Source of the DNA: Octopus sinensis
Taxonomy: Eukaryota
Assembly (NCBI RefSeq): GCF_006345805.1
Contig: NC_043006.1
Span: forward strand, 87,730,001 to 87,794,000
Direction: 5' to 3'
DNA length: 64,000 nucleotides
The notes below the pieces were generated by a model, which searched no databases, was not told the DNA's origin, and was given only the letters and a program-made list of their open reading frames with translations. Positions within the stretch are counted from its first letter, which is position 1. Every line of letters begins with the position of its first letter. Of the stretch, positions 49,995 to 62,569 are shown one piece after another. A program made the position numbers and the translations under genes.

Positions 49995-51915
49995 GAACGC
50001 AAAAAGAAACAAGGAGAGAAAATAAAGAGAGAGTGACAGATAAGTATTAGCAAATGTTCCTGACCCAAAGCAGAATCATCTCATTACCACAGCCTACCCA
50101 GATTCATACAAGGAGTTATGCAAATTCATTTGTTTGTATGATCACTATAAAACTATATAACCTTTAGTTTCTATTTTGAGTGCACTTTTTATTTTTTGAC
50201 AATGTATCACACTCGTTCATAGTACACACACACATTTTGCGCGTGTGTGTGTGTGTGTATTCTTGTTTAATTTAAGTAATTCTACTATGCAATTGATCTA
50301 CATGACTTGGAATTTCAGCTTATATAGACAGTTTTCTTATGATTATCTTCAGAACACAAGTGAAACTTGGTATTCATAGAAGGACTTCCTGAAAAATACA
50401 AACCAGATTTTCTTATGTAATGTGTATGCTTGTATTGAAGAGCACGCTATATGACATACATCATATAACTTTATATTTTTCTTTTCAATTCAAGAAATTC
50501 TACCACACCATATTTTGTGAGTGGGTAAGCAGTAAGCAAACAGCTGTGGTAGATGTGGTTATCTTGGCAGTGGTGGTGGTGTAGTGGTGACAGTGGATGT
50601 GTATGATGGCAGCAATTATAGTGTTGGTGTTTTTGTAGAGGTGGTGGTGGTGGCGGCAGTGGATGATGATGATAATGATGATGATAGTAGTAGTAGCATT
50701 GATTATGTCAATTAGTATAAAACACACCTGGCTTTTGCAGTCCATCTTTTCTCATGTACCCAATTAAGTCCATGTGACAAATATAGCCTTGTGTTATATA
50801 GTATTTAGTTGTGCCTATTTATATTTTTAAGTTCAAAATGTACCAAAGTCAACTGCACCTTTTGTCCCTGTAGTTAATAAAGTACCAACTAAATAAAGAG
50901 GGTTAACTTTACTGACTGTTCTATCTCTCAGATATGCAAATTTTGCTAACTTACAAACTATTGCGAGTTCACTGGAAAGCAGAATTGATAGATGGTCATT
51001 CAAAACACCCTATGGTAATTACGCTTTTTGGCATTCCTTCATTTTAACTCAACAAAACCAAAGCAAGCATTCAGTTGTTTCCATGACAACTCGACAATTC
51101 ACTCTGGATATCTTCAGGACCTCCATGACAGCTGATAAACTGGGAGGAGGAGAAGAAAGCTAAAGGGTTGTGTGTGCATGCTTGTTCTTGTCTGTGTGTG
51201 TGTGTGTATTCTTGTTTAATTTAAGTAATTCTACTATGCAATTGATCTACATGACTTGGAATTTCAGCTTATATAGACAGTTTTCTTATGATTATCTTCA
51301 GAACACAAGTGAAACTTGGTATTCATAGAAGGACTTCCTGAAAAATACAAACCAGATTTTCTTATGTAATGTGTATGCTTGTATTGAAGAGCACGCTATA
51401 TGACATACATCATATAACTTTATATTTTTCTTTTCAATTCAAGAAATTCTACCACACCATATTTTGTGAGTGGGTAAGCAGTAAGCAAACAGCTGTGGTA
51501 GATGTGGTTATCTTGGCAGTGGTGGTGGTGTAGTGGTGACAGTGGATGTGTATGATGGCAGCAATTATAGTGTTGGTGTTTTTGTAGAGGTGGTGGTGGT
51601 GGCGGCAGTGGATGATAATGATAATGATGATGATAATGATGATGATAGTAGTAGTAGCATTGATTATGTCAATTAGTATAAAACACACCTGGCTTTTGCA
51701 GTCCATCTTTTCTCATGTACCCAATTAAGTCCATGTGACAAATATAGCCTTGTGTTATATAGTATTTAGTTGTGCCTATTTATATTTTTAAGTTCAAAAT
51801 GTACCAAAGTCAACTGCACCTTTTGTCCCTGTAGTTAATAAAGTACCAACTAAATAAAGAGGGTTAACTTTACTGACTGTTCTATCTCTCAGATATGCAA
51901 ATTTTGCTAACTTAC

Positions 51916-52100
51916 AAACTATTGCGAGTTCACTGGAAAGCAGAATTGATAGATGGTCATTCAAAACACCCTATGGTAATTACGCTTTTTGGCATTCCTT
52001 CATTTTAACTCAACAAAACCAAAGCAAGCATTCAGTTGTTTCCATGACAACTCGACAATTCACTCTGGATATCTTCAGGACCTCCATGACAGCTGATAAA
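51916..52100 (-). other. Candidate non-coding exon (duplicated at 50955-51139)
   Basis: Strong acceptor TTTCTTCTCCTCCTCCCAG and donor TTT/GTAAGT; stops in all frames. Confidence 0.35.
52038..52051. promoter_or_regulatory. RFX X-box-like motif (copy at 51077-51090)
   Basis: GTTTCCATGACAAC / GTTGTCATGGAAAC fits the 14-bp palindromic X-box consensus. Confidence 0.4.
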
Positions 52101-52220
52101 CTGGGAGGAGGAGAAGAAAGCTAAAGGGTTGTGTGTGCATGCTTGTTCTTGTCTGTGTGTGTGTGTGTGTGTGTGCACGCGCGCGCGCACGTGCTTGCAA
52201 AAAGCCTTGCATATTCTTAC

Positions 52221-52329
52221 CTGCTTCATGTGTGTATGTAGAATCCGCAAATTTCCAAGCAGAAAACATTTGCAGAGTTGATAAAGTAATTATCAGTTGA
52301 AGTATTGAAATCGATATAACTGACTTCAT
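52221..52329 (-). CDS. Candidate first coding exon with signal-peptide-like sequence
   Basis: MKSVISISILQLIITLSTLQMFSAWKFADSTYTHEA followed by consensus donor CAG/GTAAGA, phase 1. Confidence 0.35.
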
Positions 52330-52454
52330 TCGAACATGTGATTGTAGGTTTCGATAAACAAAATCAAAAGAAACTATCCTGAGTAATTAAAGGAACTGTA
52401 ACCCCAAACTAGATGCATTTATTTGGCCCACAGTCGTTCCTTTTTACCCAAAAC

Positions 52455-52875
52455 GGATCTTTTCATTTTGAAAGCCAGCTTTTCCTAGTTAACTAAACAA
52501 TTTGAAACTTCGTATACTGGTAGAATGTGTCAAAAGAAAACATAATTGTAAACCAACATGAAAACGGAATTGTAATTTCTAAGTTTAACGTTGTTTAATA
52601 ATTCGAATTTTAACCAATGATATTCTTTCTTTCGACTTCATATCATTTACTGCCTCTCAAAATATTGTTACTGTGACGTAAACAGCTATTTTGTGACGTA
52701 GTTAACGTAAACATGTAAATAGCTAAAATGTAAACATCCGCTTATCGTAACTAAACACTTTCAAACTTCGTGGAGTATATATAAAATTTGTGCAGATCCT
52801 AAATAGCTAAATTCTTTTTGAAAGTCTTAGTATATATAAAATGAGTGTTTAAATTATTTTCCCTTGTTTGCATTG

Positions 52876-52909
<34 letters not shown>

Positions 52910-53790
52910 TACATACATACACACATACTAAAATTACATCGTTGGATCAGTAATTTATTTATGTATTTTTTGTTATACAATTTATTTTTAAGCTGAATCC
53001 CTATCCTGCCATTAACCTCTTTCTTATAAAATAGTTGAAGAATCTGGGGTGTAGGAATTGGGCCAGTATTGGAACTTTTAACTTCTTGCTCTCTATCTTA
53101 TGATCTCCGAAATTTAAGAATCTTGTGTTAACTGGGCTCTTATTATTTACTCTGACTCTGCCACCACCTCAATGCAAAGACTATCAATATCAGAATCATC
53201 TTCACAACCACCACTACAACCATTACTACAACCTCCAATGCCACCACCACAACCATCTTCTGCAACCACAACCCCAAGATCAATACCAGCATCATATTCA
53301 AAATCACCAATTTCACCACCACTACACTCTGCAATGTCTTCAACACTACCATCCATGAGACATCCTAACATAATCAATGCTACTACTACTATCATCATCA
53401 TTATCATCATCATCCACTGCCGCCACCACCACCACCTCTACAAAAACACCAACACTATAATTGCTGCCATCATACACATCCACTGTCACCACTACACCAC
53501 CACCACTGCCAAGATAACCACATCTACCACAGCTGTTTGCTTACTGCTTACCCACTCACAAAATAGCTGTCTACGTACAGTAACACCATGCAGCTAATAA
53601 TTTCAAATGAAAACAGACAATACGATTGGTTAAAATTCGCAGATTTAAACTACGTTTAAACTTATAAAATACATTTTTGTCAAAAAAACTAGTTGAAATT
53701 ATTGTTTTCTTTTGACACATTCTACCAGTATACGAAGTTTCAAATTATTTAGTTAACTAGAAAAATCTGGCTTTCAAAATGAAAAGATCC
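52455..53790. mobile_element. Non-autonomous DNA transposon with long TIRs and low-complexity internal sequence
   Basis: GGATCTTTTTCATTTTGAAAGCCAG...ACTTCGTATACTGGTAGAATGTGTCAAAAGAAAACA mirrored at 53700-53790; TIR related to 55201 and 60314. Confidence 0.8.
53368..53564. repeat. Near-identical inverted copy of 50511-50709 and 51460-51670
   Basis: Same translated text (IINATTTIIII...LLLTHSQN) on opposite strands in the ORF track; nucleotide match by eye. Confidence 0.93.
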
Positions 53791-55200
53791 CCGAAAACAA
53801 AATGAAATATAAACAAAGATACAAATTTATATTTCAAGAATAATTGTTGTCGAAAAATAGTGAGAGGCCCCACCCTTTTTTCTATTCAGTCTCCAAATAA
53901 ATAGCACTCCAATTTCTTTTTATTTGAAAACTACTATGGATTTCTACGTTCTGAATATTCGAGATTAAGATTCTAGATTAAAAAAATCTAAATTCCTTTC
54001 ATTTTATTCCCCAAAGTATGAAATCGTAATTTTCTCATCTAAACAATTTTTTTTTTTTACTCTGAATGAAGTTTTAAACCTTAGGGTAGAAGATTCAACA
54101 AAAAGAAGTTTTCAAAAATTCGTTTTTTGTAATGTGTTGGGGCATTTATTCCAAAATTAACTTTTAATCATCCTGATAAAATGAAAACAAATATCCATGA
54201 AATTAGTCAGCATCTCTCTAACATCTTTCGCAAAAAAAACCCCCAAAAAACAGTAATAACTAAATGCATAAATTGACTTTACATCTTTATAAACTTATCG
54301 AAATTCCATTTGCATTGTGGTATTACAGCAAGTAAAATAAATAAATGTTCGTCAGCTAAGTGGTCGGTTTTCAACTGCCTCGAAATCCTACTCGTTCCTA
54401 CTCTCTGATCAATCTTTCTCTGATACTCTTTCAATGGCTATGAGTTTTGTTCATTTATTTAATCTACAACAATACCTCAACATCCATATAAACTTCATTT
54501 AAAGATACCTAAACATCAAATTTAAGAGGCTAAAAGTACTGCAATTTATACAAAAACAGGCGTTCAGTTTTACATACCGTTAACTTGAAATTCTTTAAAC
54601 CAGAGACACAAAATGTCTGTTCCTAAGAGCTCGTGTTTTATGCCACAGCCTTTTTTTTCCTGTATGCTCTAAAATAAAGAGTTTATAAACTGTGGTACTG
54701 ATTCTAAACAGTTATATGCAACAGTAAGCTATCATTCGTTAAATTGTTCAATAAAAGAAGACTCTCTCGTGTAAATACACACACAGGCACGTGTATGTAC
54801 ACCTACAGATATACCAGCATGGAAGACAAACGTTAAACGTTGTATACACAATTGCAAGAACGAATGCACATGTTACAAGTACAATATTGTGACAATAATA
54901 ATGCCAGTTAAGCATTTATCGAAAATGTTAGCCACTTGATAGGATCCATTAAGTAAAAATAAAAGTGATATACTTGACAGCTGGCGCCTATCTCAAACAC
55001 ATGCCAAAACTCCGGTCACACGTACTATTTCCTTGGGCTGTTTTTCTTATTACCAATTATAATAGTAGCAGCTTTGTATGCTAACTTCCACTATCCCATT
55101 TAGTTTTCCTATTCTCAGCATCTATGTGTCTCACACATGGACCTTGCACTAATCCCTATACCTACCTTTCTTCAAGAAAGTTGTTCTTTCAAGAATTTAC

Positions 55201-55733
55201 GGATCTTTTCCTTTTGAACGGCAGTTTTCAACACAATTTCTAGTTAACTTAACACTTTTAAACTTCGTATACTGGTAGAATGTGTTTATAAAACATCATT
55301 TTTTCTTGGCTTTATTGAGTTTCGAGCATTTCGGCAATTTTAACCAATCGCTGACCTCCATTTGGGGTGAAAACATTCCGTGCTGTATGAATATGTCCCT
55401 CGTTTAAGAAACAGATTGGGTTTATTTACATTTGCGAAGAATAAAAGATACCCATCCCCCACCCCTAACCCTAAATCTAAAATAGATTGAAATATAATAC
55501 ATCGATACTAGGGTTATAATTATGGGTGACATTTTCATTTGACACCGCTAGAAAAAAATCCCATTTTCCGTAGCGGTGTCGTATGAAATTGTCACCCATA
55601 ATTATAACCCTAGTATCGATCTATTGTATTTCAATTTATTTTAGATTTAGGGTTAGGGGTGGGGGAAGGATATCTTTTTTTCTTCGCAAATGTAAATAAA
55701 CCAAATCTGTTTCTTAAACGAGGGACATATTCA
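55201..55733. mobile_element. MITE (GGATCTTTT family) followed by an inverted partial copy
   Basis: 55201-55560 collinear with the reverse complement of 59909-60314; 55571-55733 mirrors 55388-55550. Confidence 0.85.
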
Positions 55734-55736
55734 TGT

Positions 55737-56068
55737 CGGACGATAACTTACTTTTACCACTCAGATATTATTGATACGATATCGTCTGCGAATTGTAAAA
55801 ATACCTTTTCACAATCTTTTTCTTGAAAGTCAGTTTATAATTAATATATACTATTATGTCAAAATTTGTGCCTGAACGGGAAGTATCACATCATAAAATG
55901 GGCGAAGGTAAAGCGAGTGCACACCACTGAAAACTAACCCTAATCCTAACCTGTGAGCGCAGTAAAAAATCTGATTAAAAACAATCAAGAATTTGCATGC
56001 GTTTTTGTCGAGCCCCTCGAATCATTAATAATATCTGATACAAGTTACCACCACTTGTATCGTCCGGT
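55737..56068. mobile_element. Probable MITE
   Basis: Imperfect termini TCGGACGATA...CAGATATTATTGAT / ATTAATAATATCTG...TATCGTCCGG. Confidence 0.45.
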
Positions 56069-57242
56069 ATGTTTATTTATATTAGCGAGTGCCCATTTTC
56101 GGTGTTGTATTTTTTTAGTATAAAATACATAAAAATAGAGGTATCTTCCTAATTTTTTGCATACTTCATTTGTTTTGGATATATTTCCCATTTTCATTTT
56201 TTTTTTTCAGAAATTAGACGTCATTTTCTTGGAGAGGTGCTCTTTAGAAGCACCGTATATTTATCATTCAGCTGTTTAGCCTTAAAAACCCAGGAATTGG
56301 TTCATACGCGTGTTTTCTACAAGTGGTCACGTGATGGTCGTTGAGTCCTTTTGGTGTTACACAGGCTATCCAATCTCATTACGTGACAGACTAGCCTAGC
56401 GCGGCAAAATTATGTTTGCTCGCTGGAGCCTATCCGCATGCTTAAATAGGTTTTTCTCTCACTTTAATTCAGTGAGGTGGGAAGATAAGAGTGAAGTCGG
56501 AATTGAGAGAGAATTATTTCCATGTAGCCTTGGCGCGTTATGTATGGCCCAAAAGTCATATCACGTCTTTCTGTTCTTGTTCTGCCCAGCACATGTCAAG
56601 TTTCAACTGAATGAGAAACACATATGTATATTTTCTTCAGACATATCATTTAAGATGTACCAATGTTTGCTATACAGATTCATTTAGCGGTTGAATAAAG
56701 TGTAGCAGTTAATTGCAACTCGTTTTCTTGTATTTCTTTCCATTGTTTATACACGTCTCATTGGAACCGAGAATTATAATTATACCAAAACCAGAGCTAC
56801 GCCAACCAACTCGTTAAAGATATTACAACCATGACTATCGCGTCTTTTATTTAGACAGTGATTTTTAAAGTGATAGAATAGAGATTTAACTAATATTTTT
56901 CGTAGGTTGAGCGACTACACAGAAATTTCTTTATTAATCTGTAAATCTGTTGTAGCACTACTGCACTCAATAATTCACTGGATCCAAGAGAAGTAACAGA
57001 GCAAATTGCATTACTTAGTTTCATATCTCTTCGTTTTGGGGATTAGAATAATCGTGTCGAGTATTTCTCTGACATTAATGACACCCTTTTAATAGTTTCA
57101 TTAGAGGTAAAAGGATCACACCCATAACCTTTTGGCAAATCCTACGAGCTTAGTGTGAGAAAAGACAAGAACTACATTTCATGGATTATCTTCCAAACTG
57201 GAGATGTAATCTGAAAGTCGAAGATTATTTCTTATTTTGTAA

Positions 57243-59390
57243 TACTACCAGAAATACCTGGCGTTGCCCGGGTTAAAGACAATAATGAAATTTTTAAGTG
57301 CCTTTTAGATCTCCAACATGAAACAGCAGGTCTTACCTCCTTGTAGCTGAGATAACAACTTTATACGTTAATAACCTGGCGTTTCCCAGGTTCTTGAAAA
57401 TCAGGAAATATAAGTATGCCTTTTAAATTTCTAAGTAAAATGAAACCTTGATTATGCAGTTCTCAACACTAGTTAGCTGAGATACAAGCTGTTAATGTCA
57501 GTAACATGTTTTATTCAATGTTCTCACTGTTAAAATTGTTTTTAAAAAAACACATGTAGTTCTTTGTCTTTGCAATCACCTTCAATTGTCAGTACTTATT
57601 TGAAACCTGTTGAACCTGAAAATGAATAAACTTGAGAAGAACCGGCCTGCAGGCACTCCCCTCCTGTTAATAAGTACATTTAACAAAAAATCTACCAGAT
57701 GCTGTGAGCATAAACAAATGTATTGAAACAAATCCAGAAATCAATCACAGTTTAATTATCTAGAGCTTCTAAATATACAATGTTTTGAATGTGTCCTTTA
57801 ATTGGTGTATAAATGAAAAGATTGTTGGGACTTCCAACTCGCAAACATCCTATATATAATTGCTCATGACAGAAGCAAGGTGAAGTCTAACAACTTTGAG
57901 CGACTGTCCTTGAGATTTGTCTATTGACATAGCGAAACTTAGTTTCAGTGGGAACTGGGACCGTTGAAGTTCAAAGGGGCGGTCATATGGGATTAACGGG
58001 ATCCATGGAATAATAGTTTCCAGTCATAATTGTTTCCGCTAGGACATGGAGTCACATCACTTTCACCATCAGTCTGGTGCCATTGCACAGACAAGGTGGC
58101 TCCAGATTCCTGAGCAGCATGATTGGGACCCACGTTTTAAGTGTTAAGTGGTGAGGAGGCATCCCAGATAGCTGTAGAGAGTTCAGGAACTCAGTTGGAA
58201 AGCCTACAGCCTGGTCTTGATCAAGGACAGTCTCGAGGGCTTTGAAAAACTGTTCTTGACGAAGCAACAGCTGCAAGAGATCCCAGTTGATTTTTTGGAC
58301 AGCATCATTACGTGGAGCAAAGATGGCTCCCTCACAGAGCCATTGACTGTGGCATTATGAGATCATTGACCGTTGGTGCCACCTCACCACAGGCTTTCTG
58401 CCCCACCCCAACTTTGAATGGTCATAATTTTCAGAAAAATGGATATTTTGCAATGAAATATACTACGAATATGTATTATATGATGTAGATTCCGAATATA
58501 CAAAATTTTGGGAGGAAAATATTTTAGGAGGGGGTGAGGAGGATTTTCGGAAAATTCATCAGAGTCCACTTCAATTCGTCTTAACTTTCAGGAAAATGGA
58601 TATTTTTTAATGAAATTGTCAACAAATATACCTTGGACTATGTAGATTCCAAGCATATAGAATTTGGGGGGAAACAATTGGGAGTTATTTTTGCGAACTG
58701 TTCTCCATTGGGGGGGAGGTCGGAACAAGTCGTCCATATTTGTTTCAGTTTCCCCGTTTTGTGCGTTTGTGCATCTATATATAACCCTTAAACCTTAGTC
58801 GTAAAATTTCGGAGAAAAAAATTAAAAAATTAAGGAGGAGGTGTATTAAAAAGTTTAAAAGTAGTTTTTTTTGTTTTTTTGCATATGCAGAATCCTCCGT
58901 TGGAGACAAGGTCGGAATCCGTAGAAAAAGGGAAAAAAAGCACAAAGGGGTGGCATGCTTATTCTTAGTGTCCTCACATAAACACACACATACATATATA
59001 ATGAAAAAGTTCGGTTCATGTTTACATCTTGACCCAGAAGTAAAAATCCACCCACCCATCCCAAAAAAACTGGAATGGGTGTAAAACAATGTGTAGGAAA
59101 CGAATATGAAAAATAAATGCATGCAAAACAACGGGAGGAGTGGGGAGAGGACTTCGGAAAATTCACAAGATCCGAGCTTTTCCCTCGTAACTTTTAGGAA
59201 AATAGGGTTTTTCTCAATGAAATTTTACAGAAATACCTTTCAAACAGCATACGTTACAATTATAAAGAAATTTGTGGGGAAAATCTTTTCCAAGGGGGTG
59301 GGGAGAGGCTTCGGAAAATTCACAAGATCCGAGCTTTCCCTCGTAACTTTTTGGAAACTAGGATTTTTTCAATATTTGCTCTATATATAA
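57243..59390 (-). mobile_element. Internally deleted Helitron with PIF1-type helicase remnant and subterminal repeats
   Basis: 3' hairpin CCCGGGCAACGCCAGG near 57257 (echoed at 57374); ~157-bp repeats at 59144/59301 and related blocks at 58400-58690. Confidence 0.8.
57760..58345 (-). pseudogene. Helitron helicase C-terminal fragment
   Basis: WLCEGAIFAPRND, EFLNSLQLSGMPPHHLTLK..PIMLLRNLEPP.LCNGTRL, QFPLKLSFAMSIDKSQGQSL, CFCHEQLYIGCLRV, with frameshifts. Confidence 0.9.
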
Positions 59391-59908
59391 AATTCACATC
59401 TTCAAATCGTTTTCTTAACTTTCTTTCTTTGGCGTCCTAACCAGCTATTTACACACACACCTATGTATACATCATTACAGTTCTAACGATTTCTGATTAA
59501 AAAAAAAATTCTAAAGGTACTTTTGTGTTAGAAAAAATTTTCATATGGAGATAGACGCCTTTTTCTTAATTAAGTAAATGAGGTACTGTATATTGTACAT
59601 TGATTTTCTAATATTAAGACTTGATATTTCACATTTAAATCCTATGTGATTATTCTTGGTGCAAATAGACTTATTAACACTTTCACTTCATTTAATTAAT
59701 TAATTGTCAACCGGGAATAACTACAGATTTCTGCACACACCCACGATTTTGGATGAAAGACACTCACTGAATACGGCACAACCATTGGGTTGTACCTATG
59801 TTCATCAGATTTAAGCATCAGGACTTAAAACTACAAAATGGACGTGATTTTACAGATATATTTTCAAAGTATACACAGATAAAAATTTATATTTAACATT
59901 TTCTTTAC

Positions 59909-60314
59909 GGAGATCTTTTTGGTTTAAACGGCAGTTTTTTCTAGCGGTGTCATATGAAATTGTCACCCATAACTATGACCCTAGTATCGATCTATTGCAT
60001 TTCAATCTAATTTAGGGTTAGGGGAAGGGTATCTTTTTTCTTCAGAAATGTAAATAAACCCAATCTGTTTCTTAAATGAGGGACATATTCATACGGCACA
60101 TAGTGTTTTTACCTCAATAGACGGTCATTAATTGGTTGAAATTGCAGAAATTGAAGAAAAAAAACAACAAACATCTTACAAACAATAGAATTTTCTCAAT
60201 AAAGCCAAGAGAAAAAGATGTTTTATGAACACATTCTACCAGTATACGAAGTTTAAAATTTTTTAGTTACCAAGAAATTATGTTAAAAACTGCCGTTCAA
60301 ACCGAAAAGATCCC
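59909..60314. mobile_element. Complete ~405-bp MITE
   Basis: TIRs GATCTTTTTGGTTTAAACGGCAGTTTTT / AAAAACTGCCGTTCAAACCGAAAAGATC; TTTAC on both flanks. Confidence 0.88.
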
Positions 60315-62569
60315 TTTACCATCTTCCACAGTTTCGAATATACGAAATGAAAAAAATTATATAAATTAATTGTGATAATCTTGGATATTTATCTTGCAAA
60401 TTGTTACCAATTGATAATCACTTTATTTCATAATACCAATAGGAAATATGCTTATTGCAACTAAAGTTCGAAAACTAAAAGAAAACGAAAAGTTGCTCTC
60501 ACAAATAATATAAGAAATTTTATCAAGCACCTACGTGATCATTTGGTATCATACTTTTGGGCCTTGGGTTACATTTTTCTAGAATCTGTAATTGCTTAAG
60601 AAGCCAATAATTCTAGCTTGAAAATTACTGTCACTTAGAAAATAAAGACAGCGACTGCAATGCACTGAAGGCACTTTATAAGGCAATATTTCTAATATTT
60701 GAAAGTAAATACACGTGACACGCACATGAAATACGTGTTAGAATATAATGGACAATAAGATAAAATGCGTTGTACAAATACAACAAAAATATTTGGAAAA
60801 AAAACATTAAGCGTTATTGGAAACTTCAATCTTTCCAACTAATAGATTCGCATTAATATTTGCGATGATGAAATAGAGAAATTGAACAATCAAAATTTTG
60901 TTCAGCTAAATTTACTGAACGAGTCAGACCAAATCATAATCTCCTGGTAAATACAATGCCAACAGAGTTTATAAATTAATCTCTTTGATGTATTTCCAAA
61001 CAATTGTTACAAGAGCCAACAAATAAAACGAGCGACAAATGGAAGAAGGAAAGTGATATATAGGGACACATTTCCAAATTTGCCTCATTTTACGATATAG
61101 ATTATCAAAAATTGATTTTTGCGTTGAGATTCCTTATAGTTTTATGCAACAATGCGTTACGAAAAGTATTAAATTCGTAATATCACCGAGTAAGTTTTTA
61201 TGAATTAATAGCAACTTCTAAGAATCTATAATGGCTATAAATAGAGATGTTAAAGTATTATATCTTTATCTTTGCTTCTAATAAATTATTTTTAAAACAA
61301 CTTTTAAACAGCCTCTTGTTTTATCATTTCGATGTACAAACATTTTAAATATTTTGAACATAAAATTAAATGTCTAAGGGGCACTCTTCTTTGATCTAAG
61401 AACGAAATCCAAGCTTGTAAGCATATCATTCATTAAAAAGTTTTATACATTAAGACAGATTAAGTGGCAATATGTTTAATGAGAGGAATAAAAGTGAAAG
61501 GAAAATAGACTTCGGTGGTATATTGTGTTGCCAAACATAGAAACAGGAGTTTAAACACGCGCACTGGAAAAGACTCAGGTTGAATTGCCTCCCTATCTAA
61601 CTCTCTCATTTGGCCCATCGGCACCTGTACAGGAATTCATTATGATGCAAATATTCGGCCCAGCTTCTGATCTGAGTAGAACTTCATCCTACCGGTCTCC
61701 TAGGCCCTGAAAACGGCCAATGATGTTGCCCCTTCGATTAAACAATATAACAAAAACAAAGTGAAAATTTAAACACTTCCCAGCATAGAATCAAAGCCTG
61801 AAATTTGGAAGGAATTAGTTGTAAATCCTCAACCCAGTTCTTAACTGGTATTTTATTGTCCCGGAAAGGATGAATAACAAAATTGACATTGCTCACATTT
61901 AAACTCAGAATGTAAATAGTTGGATCAAGCACTGCAAAGAATTTCGTCCGAAAGGCTAACAGTCCAACAAATTCATATAAGAATAAATAATGCTCAAATA
62001 GTCAAAACGGCTTGAAAGATACAATAAAATATTATGAATGTTAAACATTTAGATTTATAATCCATGTAGGACTGGACAGTTATACAAAAAAGTGGGGACG
62101 TATAAAACAGTACAATAGATAATTTAAAATTTAATAAAACACGAAATAAACGTAAAATAACAAAATGTACAGTATTTAAAACGAGAGATAATGGTAAAGT
62201 AGACAATTTTCTTAAAAGAAAATGCATTTAAGATTAACTACCATGCATAGGTGGAAACCCATTAGCCAGGTTGACCCAGTAACTCCACCCGGCTCTGCCC
62301 TTCCGACACTCATCGTACAAAGTTCTGATACCATCCACTTTATTACCAGTTTAATTTATTTTTCCTCTCTATTTCTTTGTTAAAACTAATCGATTCTACT
62401 CCAAACACCCTCTTCAGAGTACACCGTTATCAATTAATGATTACCACCGACAACTGTTGCTCATATATAACACTAATGGTGTCATTGTAGGCTTTACGAA
62501 TGACAAGTGCAACCTTCAGTAGATCACAATTTTACAGCAGTGAAACATGGCTCAACACTACCATCATGA

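Larger units (their letters stand above)
50243..52175. repeat. Recent tandem duplication, units of about 949 and 961 bp, bounded by (TG)n
   Basis: 50259-51207 and 51208-52168 appear identical apart from a 12-bp microsatellite length difference. Confidence 0.95.

Noticed and set aside
53125-53597. Pro/Ser/His-rich ORFs
   Set aside because: Degenerate trinucleotide repeat open in most frames, inside a TIR element
55455-55665. TTAGGG telomere-like units
   Set aside because: Only 2-3 units, internal to MITEs; not an interstitial telomere array
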